DNA of 64,000 nt, taken from contig CAWGXH010000003.1 in NCBI GenBank assembly GCA_963826525.1, positions 64,001-128,000 on the forward strand. Direction: 5' to 3'. The notes beneath the pieces are model-generated. The model searched no databases and had not been told where the DNA came from. It saw nothing but the letters and a program-made list of their open reading frames with translations. The position numbers and the translations under genes are program-made. The DNA comes from an uncultured Methanomicrobiaceae archaeon. GTDB lineage: Archaea > Halobacteriota > Methanomicrobia > Methanomicrobiales > Methanoculleaceae. Each line of letters begins with the position of its first letter. Position 1 is the stretch's first letter. Positions 30,481 to 41,879 of the stretch are shown one piece after another.

Positions 30481-32349
30481 TGGAGTACGACTACGCCGGT
30501 CTCGGCCTGAAAGCCGGGATCGAGATCCACCAGCAGCTCAACACGGCCGAGAAACTCTTCTGCCGGTGCCCGACCCTCCTCCGCGAGACCGCCGAACATA
30601 CGGGGGAGTTCTTCCGGTACCTGCGGGCGACGGAGAGCGAGCTCGGGGAGATCGACCGGGCTGCAAAGGAGGAGATGAAGCTCGTCCGGAAGTTCTGCTA
30701 CTATACCTACGATACGGTCTGCCTCGTCGAGCACGACGAGGAGCCGCCGGCGCCGCTGAACCACGAAGCGCTCGGAGTAGCGCTCACCATAGCAAAGATG
30801 CTCGGGATGACGCCGATCGATCAGGTGCACACGATGCGAAAGCTCGTCATCGACGGCTCCAACACGAGCGGGTTTCAGCGGACGGCGCTCGTGGCTCTGA
30901 ACGGGATGCTCCCGGGCGGCTGCCGGGTCGAGACGATATGCCTCGAGGAGGAGGCCTGCCAGCGGGTGGAGGGGGATGCCTTCTCGCTCGATCGGCTCGG
31001 TATCCCGCTCGTCGAGATCACCACGGCACCCTGCATGCACACCCCCGAGGACGTCCGAACGGTCGCCGGGTATATCGGTATGGTGCTCCGTTCGACCGGG
31101 AAGGTGAAACGGGGTCTTGGCACCATTCGGCAGGATGTCAACGTCTCCATCCGGGACGGTGCCCGGGTGGAGATCAAAGGCGTGCAGGAGCTCGACCTCA
31201 TCGCCGAGGTGGTCAGGCGCGAGGTCGGACGGCAGGCGGCGCTCCTCTCCGTCAGGGACGAACTCCGCTCTCGCGGAGCATCGGTCGATACGACGGTCAC
31301 CGACGTGACCGGGCTCTTCGCGGAGACGAAGTCCGCCATCCTCAAAAAGGCAAAGACGATCCTCGCCGTCCGCCTCCCCGGCTTTGCCGGCCTCGTGGGG
31401 CGGGAGATCCAGCCCGGCCGCAGGCTCGGGAGCGAGATGGCCGACTACGCAAAGAAGTGCGGCGTCGGCGGGATCTTCCACACCGACGAGCTCCCCGCCT
31501 ACGGGGTGACAGAGGGGGAGGTCGCCCGTCTCCGCGAACACCTCCATGCAGGCTGAACTCGATGCCGTCGTCCTCGTTGCGGCGAGCAGGAAACAGGCAG
31601 GCTGTGCTGCGGAGCAGGTGATGATCCGCGCCCGGATTGCGCTCGACGGAATCCCCGAGGAGACCCGGAAGATGCTCGAGGGCGGGAGCACCGCCTATAT
31701 GCGGCCGCTTCCGGGCGCGGCCAGGATGTACCCCGAGACCGATGTCTTCCCGGTCGCTATCGGCAGCGACCTCTGGGAGGGAATAGAGATCCCGGAACTG
31801 CTCACCGCCCGGACGGAACGCTTCTCCCGCGACCTTGGCCTCGATGAGGCACTGGCACGGCAGATGGCTTTCTCGGAGAGGCTGCCGCTCTTCGAGCGTA
31901 CCGTTGCCGAAGGGATCCGGCCGACCCTGGCCGCCCGGACGCTGCTCGGGACACTCCGCGAGCTCGCCCGCGACGGCGTTCCGGTCGAGCGTATTCCGGA
32001 CGACGAGGTAATTCTCCTCCTGCAGGCGGTAGAGTCCGGCCGCACGGCAAAAGAGGCGATCCCCGACCTGCTTTCCGAGCTTGCCCGTACGGCGGGAGAG
32101 CAGCCGCGAAAGACTGCGGAGGAGCGGGTCACCGGCGCCATCGGGTCGGTCGCCCCCACGCTCACGGACGGGGACCTGGAAGAGATCGTCGGCCGGGTGG
32201 TCGAAGAGCGCGAGGAGTTTGTCAGGCAGCGGGGTATGGGGGCTCTCGGCCCCCTCATGGGTGTGGTGATGAAGGAGGTTCGCGGCAGCGTCGACGGGCA
32301 GCTCGTGAGCCGGGCGCTGAAACGGGAGATCGAACGGCGGCTTTCCTGA
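30477..32349 (+). CDS. gatE: Glu-tRNA(Gln) amidotransferase subunit E (frameshift near 31550)
   Basis: [38 protein letters not shown]; C-part [14 protein letters not shown]...GPLMGVVM. Confidence 0.92.
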
Positions 32350-32413
32350 CCGCACACCCCTCCCGCTACCTTTATCTCACCATTTGCTCATATATGGTAA
32401 GGAGTTTGTATTC

Positions 32414-32728
32414 ATGGGAAAGACAGGAACCACAATCTGGGCGCAGGTAAAAGGCGTCAAGGGACAGATCCGGCTCGTCCCCGCAAGTGAAGGCGAAGTG
32501 AAAAAACCAGGCCCGAACCAGCGTTACAGAACGCAGGCGTGCATCACGAAGCTCAGCCGCCAGCAGAGCCAGGACGCTCGCGGCGGTCGTGGCGGTGCCC
32601 GTGGCGGCTCCCGTGGCGGTCGCGGCGGCCGTGGCCGCGGCGGTGCTCCGACGGTGGACGTGCGTGTCCGCCGGAACGTGCAGCGGTCGAAGGTTTCGGT
32701 GCTGGGCACCAAGCAGAAGTCGAGATAA
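32414..32728 (+). CDS. Small basic protein (DUF5350-like) with an RGG-repeat tract
   Basis: MGKTGTTIWAQVKGVKGQIRLVP...KKPGPNQRY; RGGRGGARGGSRGGRGGRGRGG; family name from recollection only. Confidence 0.7.
   Translation: MGKTGTTIWAQVKGVKGQIRLVPASEGEVKKPGPNQRYRTQACITKLSRQQSQDARGGRGGARGGSRGGRGGRGRGGAPTVDVRVRRNVQRSKVSVLGTKQKSR
32579..32644 (+). repeat. Degenerate coding tandem repeat (CGYGGCGGY units) encoding six RGG
   Basis: cgcggcggtcgtggcggtgcccgtggcggctcccgtggcggtcgcggcggccgtggccgcggcggt. Confidence 0.8.
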
Positions 32729-32778
32729 GGGGCTCTCCCCTCTCAACATCTTTTATAGAATAAATACCAGTATCTGAT

Positions 32779-33135
32779 ATGGATCCAAAAACAGCCGTTA
32801 CGAGCTACCAGTTTGCCGAACGGGCAAAATCCGAGTTGATTGTCGGTTCGCAGCTGACGCTCGCCCTCATGGACTTTAAGGGGAGTGAAAAGCCCGGCGG
32901 CAAAAGGATGCTCATCATGGTGCTCGAGTCGATCCGCGCGGAGCTTGAGTTTGCCTACGGTTCGACCGGTCAGATGGATTTCAAGCGGGCGGTAGACCAT
33001 ATCAGCCAGGCGATCAGTATGGTCGAGAGTATGGATCTCGGTGCAGCTTCGAACACGCTCAGTATGGCGGTCAGTGCGGTGGCGACATCTGCCCAGGAAG
33101 CCTGGCAGGTGCTCAAAGAGCATGAACTCATCTGA
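32779..33135 (+). CDS. Hypothetical helical protein
   Basis: 118-aa ORF with normal composition, overlapping the next gene. Confidence 0.7.
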   Translation: MDPKTAVTSYQFAERAKSELIVGSQLTLALMDFKGSEKPGGKRMLIMVLESIRAELEFAYGSTGQMDFKRAVDHISQAISMVESMDLGAASNTLSMAVSAVATSAQEAWQVLKEHELI

Positions 33136-33649
33136 ATTCCTCCGCTTTCTGAAAGGCCGCTCTTCCGTCCGCGAGTATCGGAATGAGCCCCTTGATGAGG
33201 AGGAGATCGAGTATATCCTCTCCTGCGCTCAGACCGCACCGAGCGCCGGAAACCGCGAAGCCTGGGATGTCGTCGTCGTCACGGACGAGGATATGCGCCT
33301 CGATCTCTCGCTTGCCGCGCTTGAACAGTCTCACATTCGCGATGCACCTGCCGTGCTTGTCGTGTGTGCAAACTACGTTCGATCGATGTCCCAGTACGGC
33401 GAGCGGGGTATCCTGTATGCAGTGCAGGACGCAACCATCGCCGGCACCTACATGATGCTCGCGGCACATGCGGCTGGCCTTCGCTCCTGCTGGACCGGGG
33501 CGTTCCGGGAGGATGAGGTGCGCGAGATCCTAGGACTTCCGCAGCACATCCGTCCGATAGCGCTCCTCGCCGTCGGGAAGGGACAGCCCCCGCAGGAGCG
33601 GACGGGACGGATGGCACTCGAAGAACATGTACATAGAGAGATCTGGTAG
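33122..33649 (+). CDS. Nitroreductase family protein
   Basis: RSSVREY, APSAGNREAW, QDATIA, AAHAAGLRSCWTG. Confidence 0.9.
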   Translation: MNSSEFLRFLKGRSSVREYRNEPLDEEEIEYILSCAQTAPSAGNREAWDVVVVTDEDMRLDLSLAALEQSHIRDAPAVLVVCANYVRSMSQYGERGILYAVQDATIAGTYMMLAAHAAGLRSCWTGAFREDEVREILGLPQHIRPIALLAVGKGQPPQERTGRMALEEHVHREIW

Positions 33650-33671
33650 GAATTAGGCCAGGGGGACAACA

Positions 33672-34010
33672 ATGCCCGACTATGCAGTAACACTTGAATC
33701 AGCGTGGATTATTAAGGATGTCAAATCCCTGGACGATGCAGTGAGCATTGCCATCAGTGAGGCCGGTAAAAGACTCAATCCGGCAGCAAAGTTCGTCGAG
33801 ATCGAGGCGGGAATGATCGCCTGCCCCTTCTGTGAGGGAGAACTCAACAGTGCCCTTGTTGTCGCCAACACGGCGCTCGTCGGGCTTGTGCTGCAGATCA
33901 AGGTCTTCCGCGCCGAGTCGAAGGAGCACGCTGTCCGGATAGCAAAGTCGGTCGTCGGAAAGGCCCTTCGCGAGGTTCCGCTGAAGGTGCAGGAGGTGGC
34001 GGAGCTGTGA
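33672..34010 (+). CDS. UPF0212/DUF555 family protein
   Basis: [33 protein letters not shown]. Confidence 0.85.
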   Translation: MPDYAVTLESAWIIKDVKSLDDAVSIAISEAGKRLNPAAKFVEIEAGMIACPFCEGELNSALVVANTALVGLVLQIKVFRAESKEHAVRIAKSVVGKALREVPLKVQEVAEL

Positions 34011-34897
34011 TTTCGGTCGTAGGACATACCGCGATCGATCACCTCTTCCGCGTCCCTTCCCTCCCGGGAAGGCACAACTCGACCTATATCACCGATCACA
34101 AGATCTACTACGGCGGCGGTGCGGCCAATATAGCGGCAGGTATCGCCACGCTCGGTGAACAGTGCCACCTCATCAGCGCCGTCGGCGGCGACTTTCCGGG
34201 AAGCGACTACGATCGATGGCTGCGGAGCCTCAACGTAGTCGAGGACTTCCTGGTCGTCGAGGATGCATTCACGCCGACCGCGTACGTCTTCACCGACGAG
34301 GCGCGGGATCAGACGACCTACTTTGAGTGGGGAGCCTCCGGCGTCCGGAACACGACCGAGGCGCCTGCCCTTGACTTTGTCCATATGGCGACCGCCGATC
34401 CCGATTTCAACGTACGGGTGGCGGCGAAGGCTGGATTCGCCTCGTTCGACCCCGGGCAGGATCTCCTGCGATACAGCAGCGAACAGCTCCGGTCCATCAT
34501 GGGGAATGTCGATATCCTCTTTGCCAACAACCACGAGGTGGAAGGCATGTGCCGGATGCTTGAGACGGATCAGGACGAACTCGTCGCCGCCGTTCCGCTG
34601 GTCATTATGACGCGGGGATCGGAGGGCAGCGTCCTCTACCGCGAGGGCGAAGAGCATTCAATCCCGGTCGTCACCGTCGATGCCGTCGATCCGACCGGTG
34701 CCGGAGACGGGTACCGTGCCGGATTCCTGACCGCGTATCGGCGGGGGCATGATCCTGTCGACTGTTGCCGGGTCGGGGCGGTAGTCTCGTCATTTGTCGT
34801 TGAACGAATGGGCACGCAGACGAACCTTCCCGACTGGGAGCGTATGCTGGCACGATACCGGAACGCATTTGGCGATCTCGAGCGAACGGATACGTAA
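34007..34897 (+). CDS. PfkB family carbohydrate/nucleoside kinase
   Basis: [31 protein letters not shown]. Confidence 0.9.
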   Translation: MISVVGHTAIDHLFRVPSLPGRHNSTYITDHKIYYGGGAANIAAGIATLGEQCHLISAVGGDFPGSDYDRWLRSLNVVEDFLVVEDAFTPTAYVFTDEARDQTTYFEWGASGVRNTTEAPALDFVHMATADPDFNVRVAAKAGFASFDPGQDLLRYSSEQLRSIMGNVDILFANNHEVEGMCRMLETDQDELVAAVPLVIMTRGSEGSVLYREGEEHSIPVVTVDAVDPTGAGDGYRAGFLTAYRRGHDPVDCCRVGAVVSSFVVERMGTQTNLPDWERMLARYRNAFGDLERTDT

Positions 34898-35044
34898 GGT
34901 TATGATACGGGCGTTCCTCTCCTCCTGCGTCACAGATACGCATGACGCACACCGGGCAGCGGTGGTCGGGTTCATCCCGTCTGCACGACGTGCCTGCACG
35001 CGTATTCGTTCCGGGCGTAGTTCCGGAGATCCGGGGAGCGTCTG

Positions 35045-36784
35045 ATGGAGTCAAGCCCCGACGTCAGGATGGAGCGGCTGAGCCGGTATCTCTTCAGTGC
35101 TCCGTCGTGGTCGAAGTCGGTCGGTATCATCATCGTCTTAGGCCTCCTCATCGATGGGGCGGGGCTTCGGACGGGTTCGGAACTTCTCTTCCTCGGCACT
35201 CTGGGTTTTACCGTCCCTGCACTCGTCGCGCTTCTTGTCACCGGGCCGCTCGTCGAGCTCTCCGGGAAGTTCATGTACCGGAACCGTTCGGCGCTTCTTG
35301 CGCTCTCGTGCACGGTCTTCGGCGTTATCATCAGTTTCTCGCCGATCCTCTTCATCGATAGGGATCTTCTTCCCATTCTCTATGCTCTTGCGCTCGGACT
35401 CATCTTCGGCCTCCGGCTGCTGGTGCTGGTGGCTGTCGCGGATTATCGGATCACCAGAATGCTCCTCCCCGCCGCGCCCCAGAGTTTCATGGGTGTCGTC
35501 ATGGGCGTGCACTTCTTCGGCCTTACCTTCGTTCCCTATGCGCTCGTACTCCAGGCGCTCTTCGGCCTCGGATTCATCTTTCTGATCTGGCTGATCGAGC
35601 GGCCGCTCAAGCGTGCGTTCCAGATCAGCGGCCTCAACTTCCTCAATACGTTCATTGCCCACCTGACAGACGGATCAAAGAGCATGGAGGACTTCTTCCG
35701 TGAGATCGGGGACGAAGTCTACGTACCGCAGGTCTCGTTCTTCTTCAAGCGATCCGCTGCCAGGGATGTTATCCTCACCGTCCCGAATGTCCATCCCGGC
35801 CCTATGGGGGAGATCGGCGGCGGAAACCTTCCCCGGATGCTGCATGATGCCTTCGACGAAGAGGTGCTGGTTGCTCATGGCTGCGCCACCCACGACTTCA
35901 ACCTGGTTTCGGACACCGAGATCGAGAAGATCTCCCGGGCGGTGAAGGAGTCACGAGAGGGTATCCGATATACCGGGATGGCAGGCCGCTCTATCCGGAT
36001 CTCTGCAGGGTCGGTTCACCTCCTCTGCCAGCGGTTCGGGGACTCCCTCCTGATGGTCGGCACACGTTCTCCGGAGAAGACCGAGGATGTCGACTTCTCC
36101 ATTGGGATGATTATCATGGCGGAGGGACGGCGCTACTTCTCCCATACCGCCTTTGTAGACGCCCACAACTGCATGGCACAGATGGGTGCACCTGTCCTTC
36201 CGGCAACCAGAACGGCGACCGAATACCTCTTTGCGGCCAGGAAAGGCATCGAAGCATGCCGGCTCGAACCCCTCGAGACGCTCCGGATCGGTGTTGCCCA
36301 CGTCCGCGTTCCGTTCACCCGCGAGCAGGGGTTCGGGTCGCTCGGTGTCCAGGCGCTCGTCACCGAGGTCGCCGGGCAGACGACGGCGTATGTTCTGCTC
36401 GACGGGAACAATATCGCTACAGGTGTGCGGGAAGAACTCCTCGGCCCCATCCTCGCACTGGTGGACGATGCCGAGGTGATGACCACCGACACCCACACGG
36501 TGAACACGATCACCGGGAAGAATCCGGTGGGGTACGCCGTGCCGGTTTCCGAGTTCCTGCCGTTCGTAACCCGGGCGGTCACCGAGGCGATAGACGATCT
36601 CTCTCCGGCGCGTGCCGGTGCGAGCACGGCCTGCTGCGAGCGGGTTGTCGTCTTCGGATCACAGAGCGTCTCGCAACTTGCGAGCACCGTCAACACGATG
36701 CTTGCGGTCGTCGGGCCGGTCAGCCTGATTATCCTGCTTCTGGCGTTCGTCCTCTCGATCGTCGCGTATCTCGTGCTCCAGTAG
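35045..36784 (+). CDS. DUF2070 family membrane protein
   Basis: N-terminal TM bundle; PNVHPGPMGEIGGGNLP, HGCATHDFN, VDAHN, DGNN, TTDTH. Confidence 0.85.
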   Translation: MESSPDVRMERLSRYLFSAPSWSKSVGIIIVLGLLIDGAGLRTGSELLFLGTLGFTVPALVALLVTGPLVELSGKFMYRNRSALLALSCTVFGVIISFSPILFIDRDLLPILYALALGLIFGLRLLVLVAVADYRITRMLLPAAPQSFMGVVMGVHFFGLTFVPYALVLQALFGLGFIFLIWLIERPLKRAFQISGLNFLNTFIAHLTDGSKSMEDFFREIGDEVYVPQVSFFFKRSAARDVILTVPNVHPGPMGEIGGGNLPRMLHDAFDEEVLVAHGCATHDFNLVSDTEIEKISRAVKESREGIRYTGMAGRSIRISAGSVHLLCQRFGDSLLMVGTRSPEKTEDVDFSIGMIIMAEGRRYFSHTAFVDAHNCMAQMGAPVLPATRTATEYLFAARKGIEACRLEPLETLRIGVAHVRVPFTREQGFGSLGVQALVTEVAGQTTAYVLLDGNNIATGVREELLGPILALVDDAEVMTTDTHTVNTITGKNPVGYAVPVSEFLPFVTRAVTEAIDDLSPARAGASTACCERVVVFGSQSVSQLASTVNTMLAVVGPVSLIILLLAFVLSIVAYLVLQ

Positions 36785-36878
36785 GCGGGCGGTTTTCCTC
36801 CGGGTATGCACCGCCCTTCCATGGACGTGCCGCCGGAGAGGGACGCGCCCTTTATGGGCGGTCACCGCTAACAGTGGT

Positions 36879-38072
36879 ATGGGAAAAACTGTGGTGCAGT
36901 ATCGGTTTGCAGATCGGATGGCTCGCGTGCCGGAATCGTTCCTTGAAGAACTCTTTTCGGTCTCGGCAGTTCCCGGCGTCATATCGTTTGCGGGTGGTCT
37001 GCCGTCGTCCGCCACGATCGATGTTGCGGGGATTGCGGATGCCGCCCGCGTCGTGCTGGAGGAGGAAGGGCGGATTGCCCTCCAGTATACGACAACCGAC
37101 GGCTACCTCCCGCTTCGGGAGTATATCGCCGACCGCTACCGCCGGAGGCTCGGTATTCCGGCGGATCCTTCGGAGATCCAGATAGTCAACGGCTCCCAGC
37201 AGTGCCTCGATCTTGTAGCCAAGATCTTCCTTGACTCCGGCGACCATGTCGGGATGGAGCGTCCCGGGTATCTCGGCGCAATAGAAGCCTTCTCCTTCTA
37301 CGAACCGGTTGTCCATGCCGTCCCCCTCGAGGACGACGGGCCTGACCTTGCTCTGTTTGAAGCATTGGTACAGCAGCACCGTCCGAAGTTTTTTTACGGC
37401 ATTCCAAACTCCCAGAACCCCTCGGGAAGGACGTACTCGCAGGAGAAGCGGCGTGCCGTCGCCGGGCTCCTCGAGGGTACGGATACCGTCTTCTATGAGG
37501 ACGATGCCTTCGGGGATCTCTTCTTCGACGGAAAACCCCGCCTGCCGGTGAAACATTACCTCCCCGAGCAGACGATCATCTCGGGATCGTTCTCGAAGAT
37601 CGTCGCGCCCGGGATGCGGATCGGCTGGCTGCATGCTCCGAAGCCGATCCTCAGGGAGTTCAATATCGCCAAGCAGGCGGCAGACCTCCACTCGAACTTC
37701 CTCTGCCAGAAGATCCTTCACCGCTATCTCTCGACCCACGACCTCGATGCCCACATCCGCCTGGTCGCGGAGCGGTACGGCAGGAACTGCCGTCTTATGT
37801 GCGACCTCCTCGACGACCTCTTCCCGGCCTCGATGAGCCATACGACCCCCGAAGGCGGAATGTTCCTGATGGCCTTCCTGCCGGAGGGCGTTTCGTCGCT
37901 GGAGGTCTTCCGCGAAGGCGTCCGGCAGGGCGTTGCAGTGCTCCCCGCCGTCCCGTTCTGTGTGGGCGGCGGCGGTGAGGATGCCATCCGGCTGAACTTC
38001 TCGACTGCGGATGAGGAAGCGATCACGGAAGGGATGCACCGACTGGCGAAGGTGATCCGGGGGCTCGCGTAG
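36879..38072 (+). CDS. PLP-dependent aminotransferase (class I/II)
   Basis: ISFAGGLP, NGSQQCLD, QNPSG, EDDAF, GSFSKIVAPGMRIGW. Confidence 0.9.
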   Translation: MGKTVVQYRFADRMARVPESFLEELFSVSAVPGVISFAGGLPSSATIDVAGIADAARVVLEEEGRIALQYTTTDGYLPLREYIADRYRRRLGIPADPSEIQIVNGSQQCLDLVAKIFLDSGDHVGMERPGYLGAIEAFSFYEPVVHAVPLEDDGPDLALFEALVQQHRPKFFYGIPNSQNPSGRTYSQEKRRAVAGLLEGTDTVFYEDDAFGDLFFDGKPRLPVKHYLPEQTIISGSFSKIVAPGMRIGWLHAPKPILREFNIAKQAADLHSNFLCQKILHRYLSTHDLDAHIRLVAERYGRNCRLMCDLLDDLFPASMSHTTPEGGMFLMAFLPEGVSSLEVFREGVRQGVAVLPAVPFCVGGGGEDAIRLNFSTADEEAITEGMHRLAKVIRGLA

Positions 38073-38317
38073 GCGGCTTCTCCGACCTTTTAACAGCGCA
38101 CTCTCCGGTGCGAGACGCCCTGCCGGCCTCGCCTCGAATACGGCGCCGCTGTCTCCTGACGCACCCCGGCTAACGCATTGGCCTGGTTGCCCCGGGAAAG
38201 ATATGGGGAGACGTACAAAGCCGCCATTCTGCCGGTCACCCAACTCACCGCGGCGTTTAAGTACATTGATGTCTGCCAGGGGTACCTCGATCGACGAGAA
38301 TGTGAGGCCGGACTGCT

Positions 38318-39222
38318 ATGAACCATGAAATGCCGTATCGGGAACTCGGCAAGACCGGTGAAAAGGTATCTGGTATAGGTGTCGGCGGCTACCATCTCGG
38401 ATTCCCGGATAACCCCGCCGATGCCGTCGGCATCGTGCGCGAGGCCATCGACCGCGGCATCACCTTCCTGGATGCCAGCTGGGATTACCATAACGGCGAG
38501 AGCGAGCGCCGCCTCGGGGAGGCGCTGAAAGGCGGCTACCGGGAGCGTGCCTTCCTCATGACGAAGGCCGACGGCCGCACGAGAGATGCTGCGAGAAGAC
38601 AGGCTCGATCAAAGCCTGCAGCGCCTGCAGGTCGATTACCTCGACCTGTGGCAGTTGCATGAAATTATCAGGTATGAGGATGTCGACCGCGTTTTTGCCC
38701 CGGGGGGCGCTATCGAGGCGATGGTTGAGGCGCGCGATGAAGGTAAGGTACGCTTTATCGGATTTACCGGCCATAAAGATCCGGATATTCATCGTGCGAT
38801 GCTCGCGCAGGACTTCGAGTGGGACACTGTGCAGATGCCCCTGAACGTCCTGGATGCGCACTTCCGCAGCTTCTGGGGAGAAAGTTTTGCCGCTACTGGT
38901 CGAGCGAGATATCGGCGTCATCGGGATGAAGCCGTTCAGCGCAGGCATGCTGTTCAAGACAAACACGGTAACGGCTATCGAAGCGCTCCATTACGCGATG
39001 AACCTGCCGACCGATGTCGTGGTTACGGGAATGGAGTCATTGACCTGCCTTGAACAGGCGATCGAAGCAGCTGCTTCGTTCCGGCCGTTAAGCAACGACG
39101 AAGTGGCCTCCCTCCTGGGGCGCACAGCCCCGATGGCACGCAGCGGCGAGTTCGAGCGCTACAAAACGACGGAAGGCCACGACTCTACGTCGATGCATCC
39201 CGAGTGGCTTGGGTCGGCGTGA
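38318..39222 (+). CDS. Aldo/keto reductase (frameshifts near 38590 and 38875)
   Basis: YRELGKTG, FLDASWDY, SERRLG; SLQRLQVDYLDLWQLH, IGFTGH; GVIGMKPF across three frames. Confidence 0.85.
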
Positions 39223-39272
39223 ATCAGGCACGAACTATCATATGCGTGACTGCAGGTGTTCTCGCTCCGGCT

Positions 39273-39980
39273 TTACCTTCTGTATTCGATTGATCTGCCG
39301 TCCGACTCAGACAGGTCTCCCCGGCGGGCGTCGTCTTCGCCCCTCCGGTGGTTCACCAGACTCCACGCCATCAGCCAGCACCCGACCATGACCAGCAGCC
39401 CATGACCGATCCGGACCGGCTGAGACGTGAAGAACTGCGGGATGAAGAGTGCGAAGCCGACCGCCAGAGGAATGCCGCTCCACCGGGTCAGGATGCCCGA
39501 TCGCCAGATCGCAATCGCAAACAGGATGGTGCCGACCGCAAGAGCGAGAAGGCCGAACAAGAAGAACCAGATGCCCTCCCCAAATCGGATTGAATTCGTG
39601 AGCGTCACAAGTAGATCAACACTGTTCAGCCTCACTGCTTCCTGACCCACGGCGTGCAATGCGAAGGTCTCGGCTCCGTAATAGGGCAGCGTAAAGCCTA
39701 CGCCGATCCAGGTCACCACGAGTGCCGTGATGCCGAGACCCCCGGCCGTCGTTTCGCGTATCTGACCGTGCAGTCCGAGCAGCCCCAGTATGAGCAGGAT
39801 GAACCCGATCATAGCCAGCGAGTGCGCGAGAAGCCAGGAGGAGGAGGCGAATGCCTCGGCGCCCTGGAGGGACGCTTCGTCGGAGAATGGCCGGATAGCG
39901 GGATAGAGAAGAAAGCAGACGCCTGCAACTACGAGCGAAAGCGCTGCCGGGCGCGTCCGGAGCGTACTCGCGGATGTCAT
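39273..39980 (-). CDS. Hypothetical multi-pass membrane protein
   Basis: About 6 hydrophobic segments; GGAGGTG RBS upstream. Confidence 0.75.
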   Translation of the reverse strand: MTSASTLRTRPAALSLVVAGVCFLLYPAIRPFSDEASLQGAEAFASSSWLLAHSLAMIGFILLILGLLGLHGQIRETTAGGLGITALVVTWIGVGFTLPYYGAETFALHAVGQEAVRLNSVDLLVTLTNSIRFGEGIWFFLFGLLALAVGTILFAIAIWRSGILTRWSGIPLAVGFALFIPQFFTSQPVRIGHGLLVMVGCWLMAWSLVNHRRGEDDARRGDLSESDGRSIEYRR

Positions 39981-40221
39981 CGGTGCACCTCCGGATTCAT
40001 GCGATCAGCTGCACCGGAACGCATTGCAATCATCGCCATGGCCAGGCGCCTATCGGAATTGCCTCCATATATAACTGTCCGCCCCCGCGAGCGGTACATT
40101 CTACCCGGATCTGAATGCGTGAAGAACCGGCGAGGAGAGCTGATAAGCGGATGAGGCGAAAGAGGTCGGGAGCCCCGGAAAATGGGTTTTTTATCTCTAC
40201 ACAGATGCAGGAAGAGTGTGC

Positions 40222-41697
40222 CTACCGCTCCTTTGAAGGAGGCCGGGCATCTTTCGCTCCGGGGCCTAAGACCTCCTCTGCAAAGAGGAGTATGAATGCT
40301 ATCAGAGTAAAGAGGGCCGCGGCGATATAGAACGAGTACTGGAAAGCCTGGGCGGTGGGCAGGGTTTGAAGGATCCCGCTGCCTGTAATGACGGTTGCAG
40401 TGAACGTTGCCAGAAGGGCGCCCGCAATCGGAGCCCCGAGGCTCCCCCCGAGATTTCGGAAGACCGTGTTCATGGAGGTCGCAAGACCCATATCCGTGGG
40501 ATCAACGGTCAGGACGAGCAGGTTGATTGCCGAGGCGTTCAGAATGGAGATTCCTGCCCCCGTAACGAACGTAGAGAAGAGGAGATATGCCGGACTCCCC
40601 CCGACCGAACTCAACAGGAATCCCAGCGCACCTACAACTGCACCGGTGACGGCGATGGGCTTCACGCCGAAGCGGGGAACTATCATCCCGATGAGCGGTG
40701 CAAATATCGATATCGCGACGGCCAGGGGGAGGAGGGAGAGCCCGGCCATGAATATATCAAACCCGAACCCGGCGGGAGGCGGCAGTTCGAGCTTATAGGC
40801 ATACGTCTGGAACGCCAGGAACATCCCCAGGCTTGCCACAGCAAAGGTGACATTCGTATTCATAACGTTTCGTAGCGAGAGCAGCCTTATATTGAGGATA
40901 GGTTCGCCGAACCTCCGCTGATAGCGCCTCTCGTATACGGCCAGGGGCGGAAGGAGGAGCAGTCCGGCGACAAGCAGCCAGAGGGGATTCACCGCAGATG
41001 CGGTCATGGTAGGTGCCAGGGAGATGGCCAGCACAACCAGGATCAGCGAACCGCCGAGAAGCCCGGCCCCGATATAATCGACCTTCACTTCGGGACGGGT
41101 GTACGGGGATTCTCTCACCCGGGTGTATACCAGGTACGTGAGCAGCAGCACAAAAGGAACTGCAGTATGGTAGGTAGTCTGCCAGCCGAAGTCGTTCGAG
41201 ATCAGAGCGCCGATGGGCAGGCTTATCGCGAATCCAACGCCGAACATCCCGCTGATGATGCCCTGCGCCCGCGGGACGAGTTCTCGTGGGAACTCCTCCC
41301 TCACGATGCTCATCGCGAGAGGCATCATGGTGAGACCGATCCCCTGGACGGCCCTTGAGACGAGCATGAACGTGAAGGTGGGGGAGAACCCGGTCACGGT
41401 GACCGCAATCGAATAGACAATGAGAACGTAGACGAGGATCCGCTTTTTCCCGTAGATGTCCCCCATCTTCCCGATGATCGGGGCCATGGCGGTGCCGGAG
41501 ACGGAGTAGAGAGCAAGAACAAGGCTGACTTCCGCGCTTGTGACGCCGAACTCGGCTGCAATCGCGGGGAGCGACGGGGTCAGCATCCCTTCAACGTAGA
41601 GGGTCACGACGACGAGCCCTACGAGGATGTACATCGTCCTGTAGGCATACCTTAAATCATACTCTTTGGCACCCGCCGGTTGCGGAAGAGAATCCAT
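40222..41697 (-). CDS. MFS transporter (14-TM drug efflux type)
   Basis: Motif A GKMGDIYGKKR, RAVQGIG, VDYIGA, FRNLGGSLG. Confidence 0.9.
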   Translation of the reverse strand: MDSLPQPAGAKEYDLRYAYRTMYILVGLVVVTLYVEGMLTPSLPAIAAEFGVTSAEVSLVLALYSVSGTAMAPIIGKMGDIYGKKRILVYVLIVYSIAVTVTGFSPTFTFMLVSRAVQGIGLTMMPLAMSIVREEFPRELVPRAQGIISGMFGVGFAISLPIGALISNDFGWQTTYHTAVPFVLLLTYLVYTRVRESPYTRPEVKVDYIGAGLLGGSLILVVLAISLAPTMTASAVNPLWLLVAGLLLLPPLAVYERRYQRRFGEPILNIRLLSLRNVMNTNVTFAVASLGMFLAFQTYAYKLELPPPAGFGFDIFMAGLSLLPLAVAISIFAPLIGMIVPRFGVKPIAVTGAVVGALGFLLSSVGGSPAYLLFSTFVTGAGISILNASAINLLVLTVDPTDMGLATSMNTVFRNLGGSLGAPIAGALLATFTATVITGSGILQTLPTAQAFQYSFYIAAALFTLIAFILLFAEEVLGPGAKDARPPSKER

Positions 41698-41879
41698 ACG
41701 CCGGGCATCTCCCTACCTGCCCTGCTTGATCCGATTCGAATGAAATATGTTTGGGTGTTCGTCTCTTTTCCGGATATCGGGTAGGCATCGTCCGTCGCCA
41801 CTTGCCGATCGTGAGTCTCCCTCGGTCTTGGGTCCCTGCGTTCCTGCGGTGAACAGGGAGGACGTCCCGGCTTACCCGG

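Noticed and set aside
30477-32349. Programmed frameshifting or pseudogenisation of gatE and other core genes
   Set aside because: No slippery sequences and no other decay; the pattern fits random sequencing indels.
1102-38243. Many long antisense ORFs (e.g. 3622..5124, 10693..11952, 16181..17275, 30306..31691, 36852..38243)
   Set aside because: They are shadow ORFs opposite well-supported genes, expected from high GC3 codon bias, and contain no recognisable motifs.
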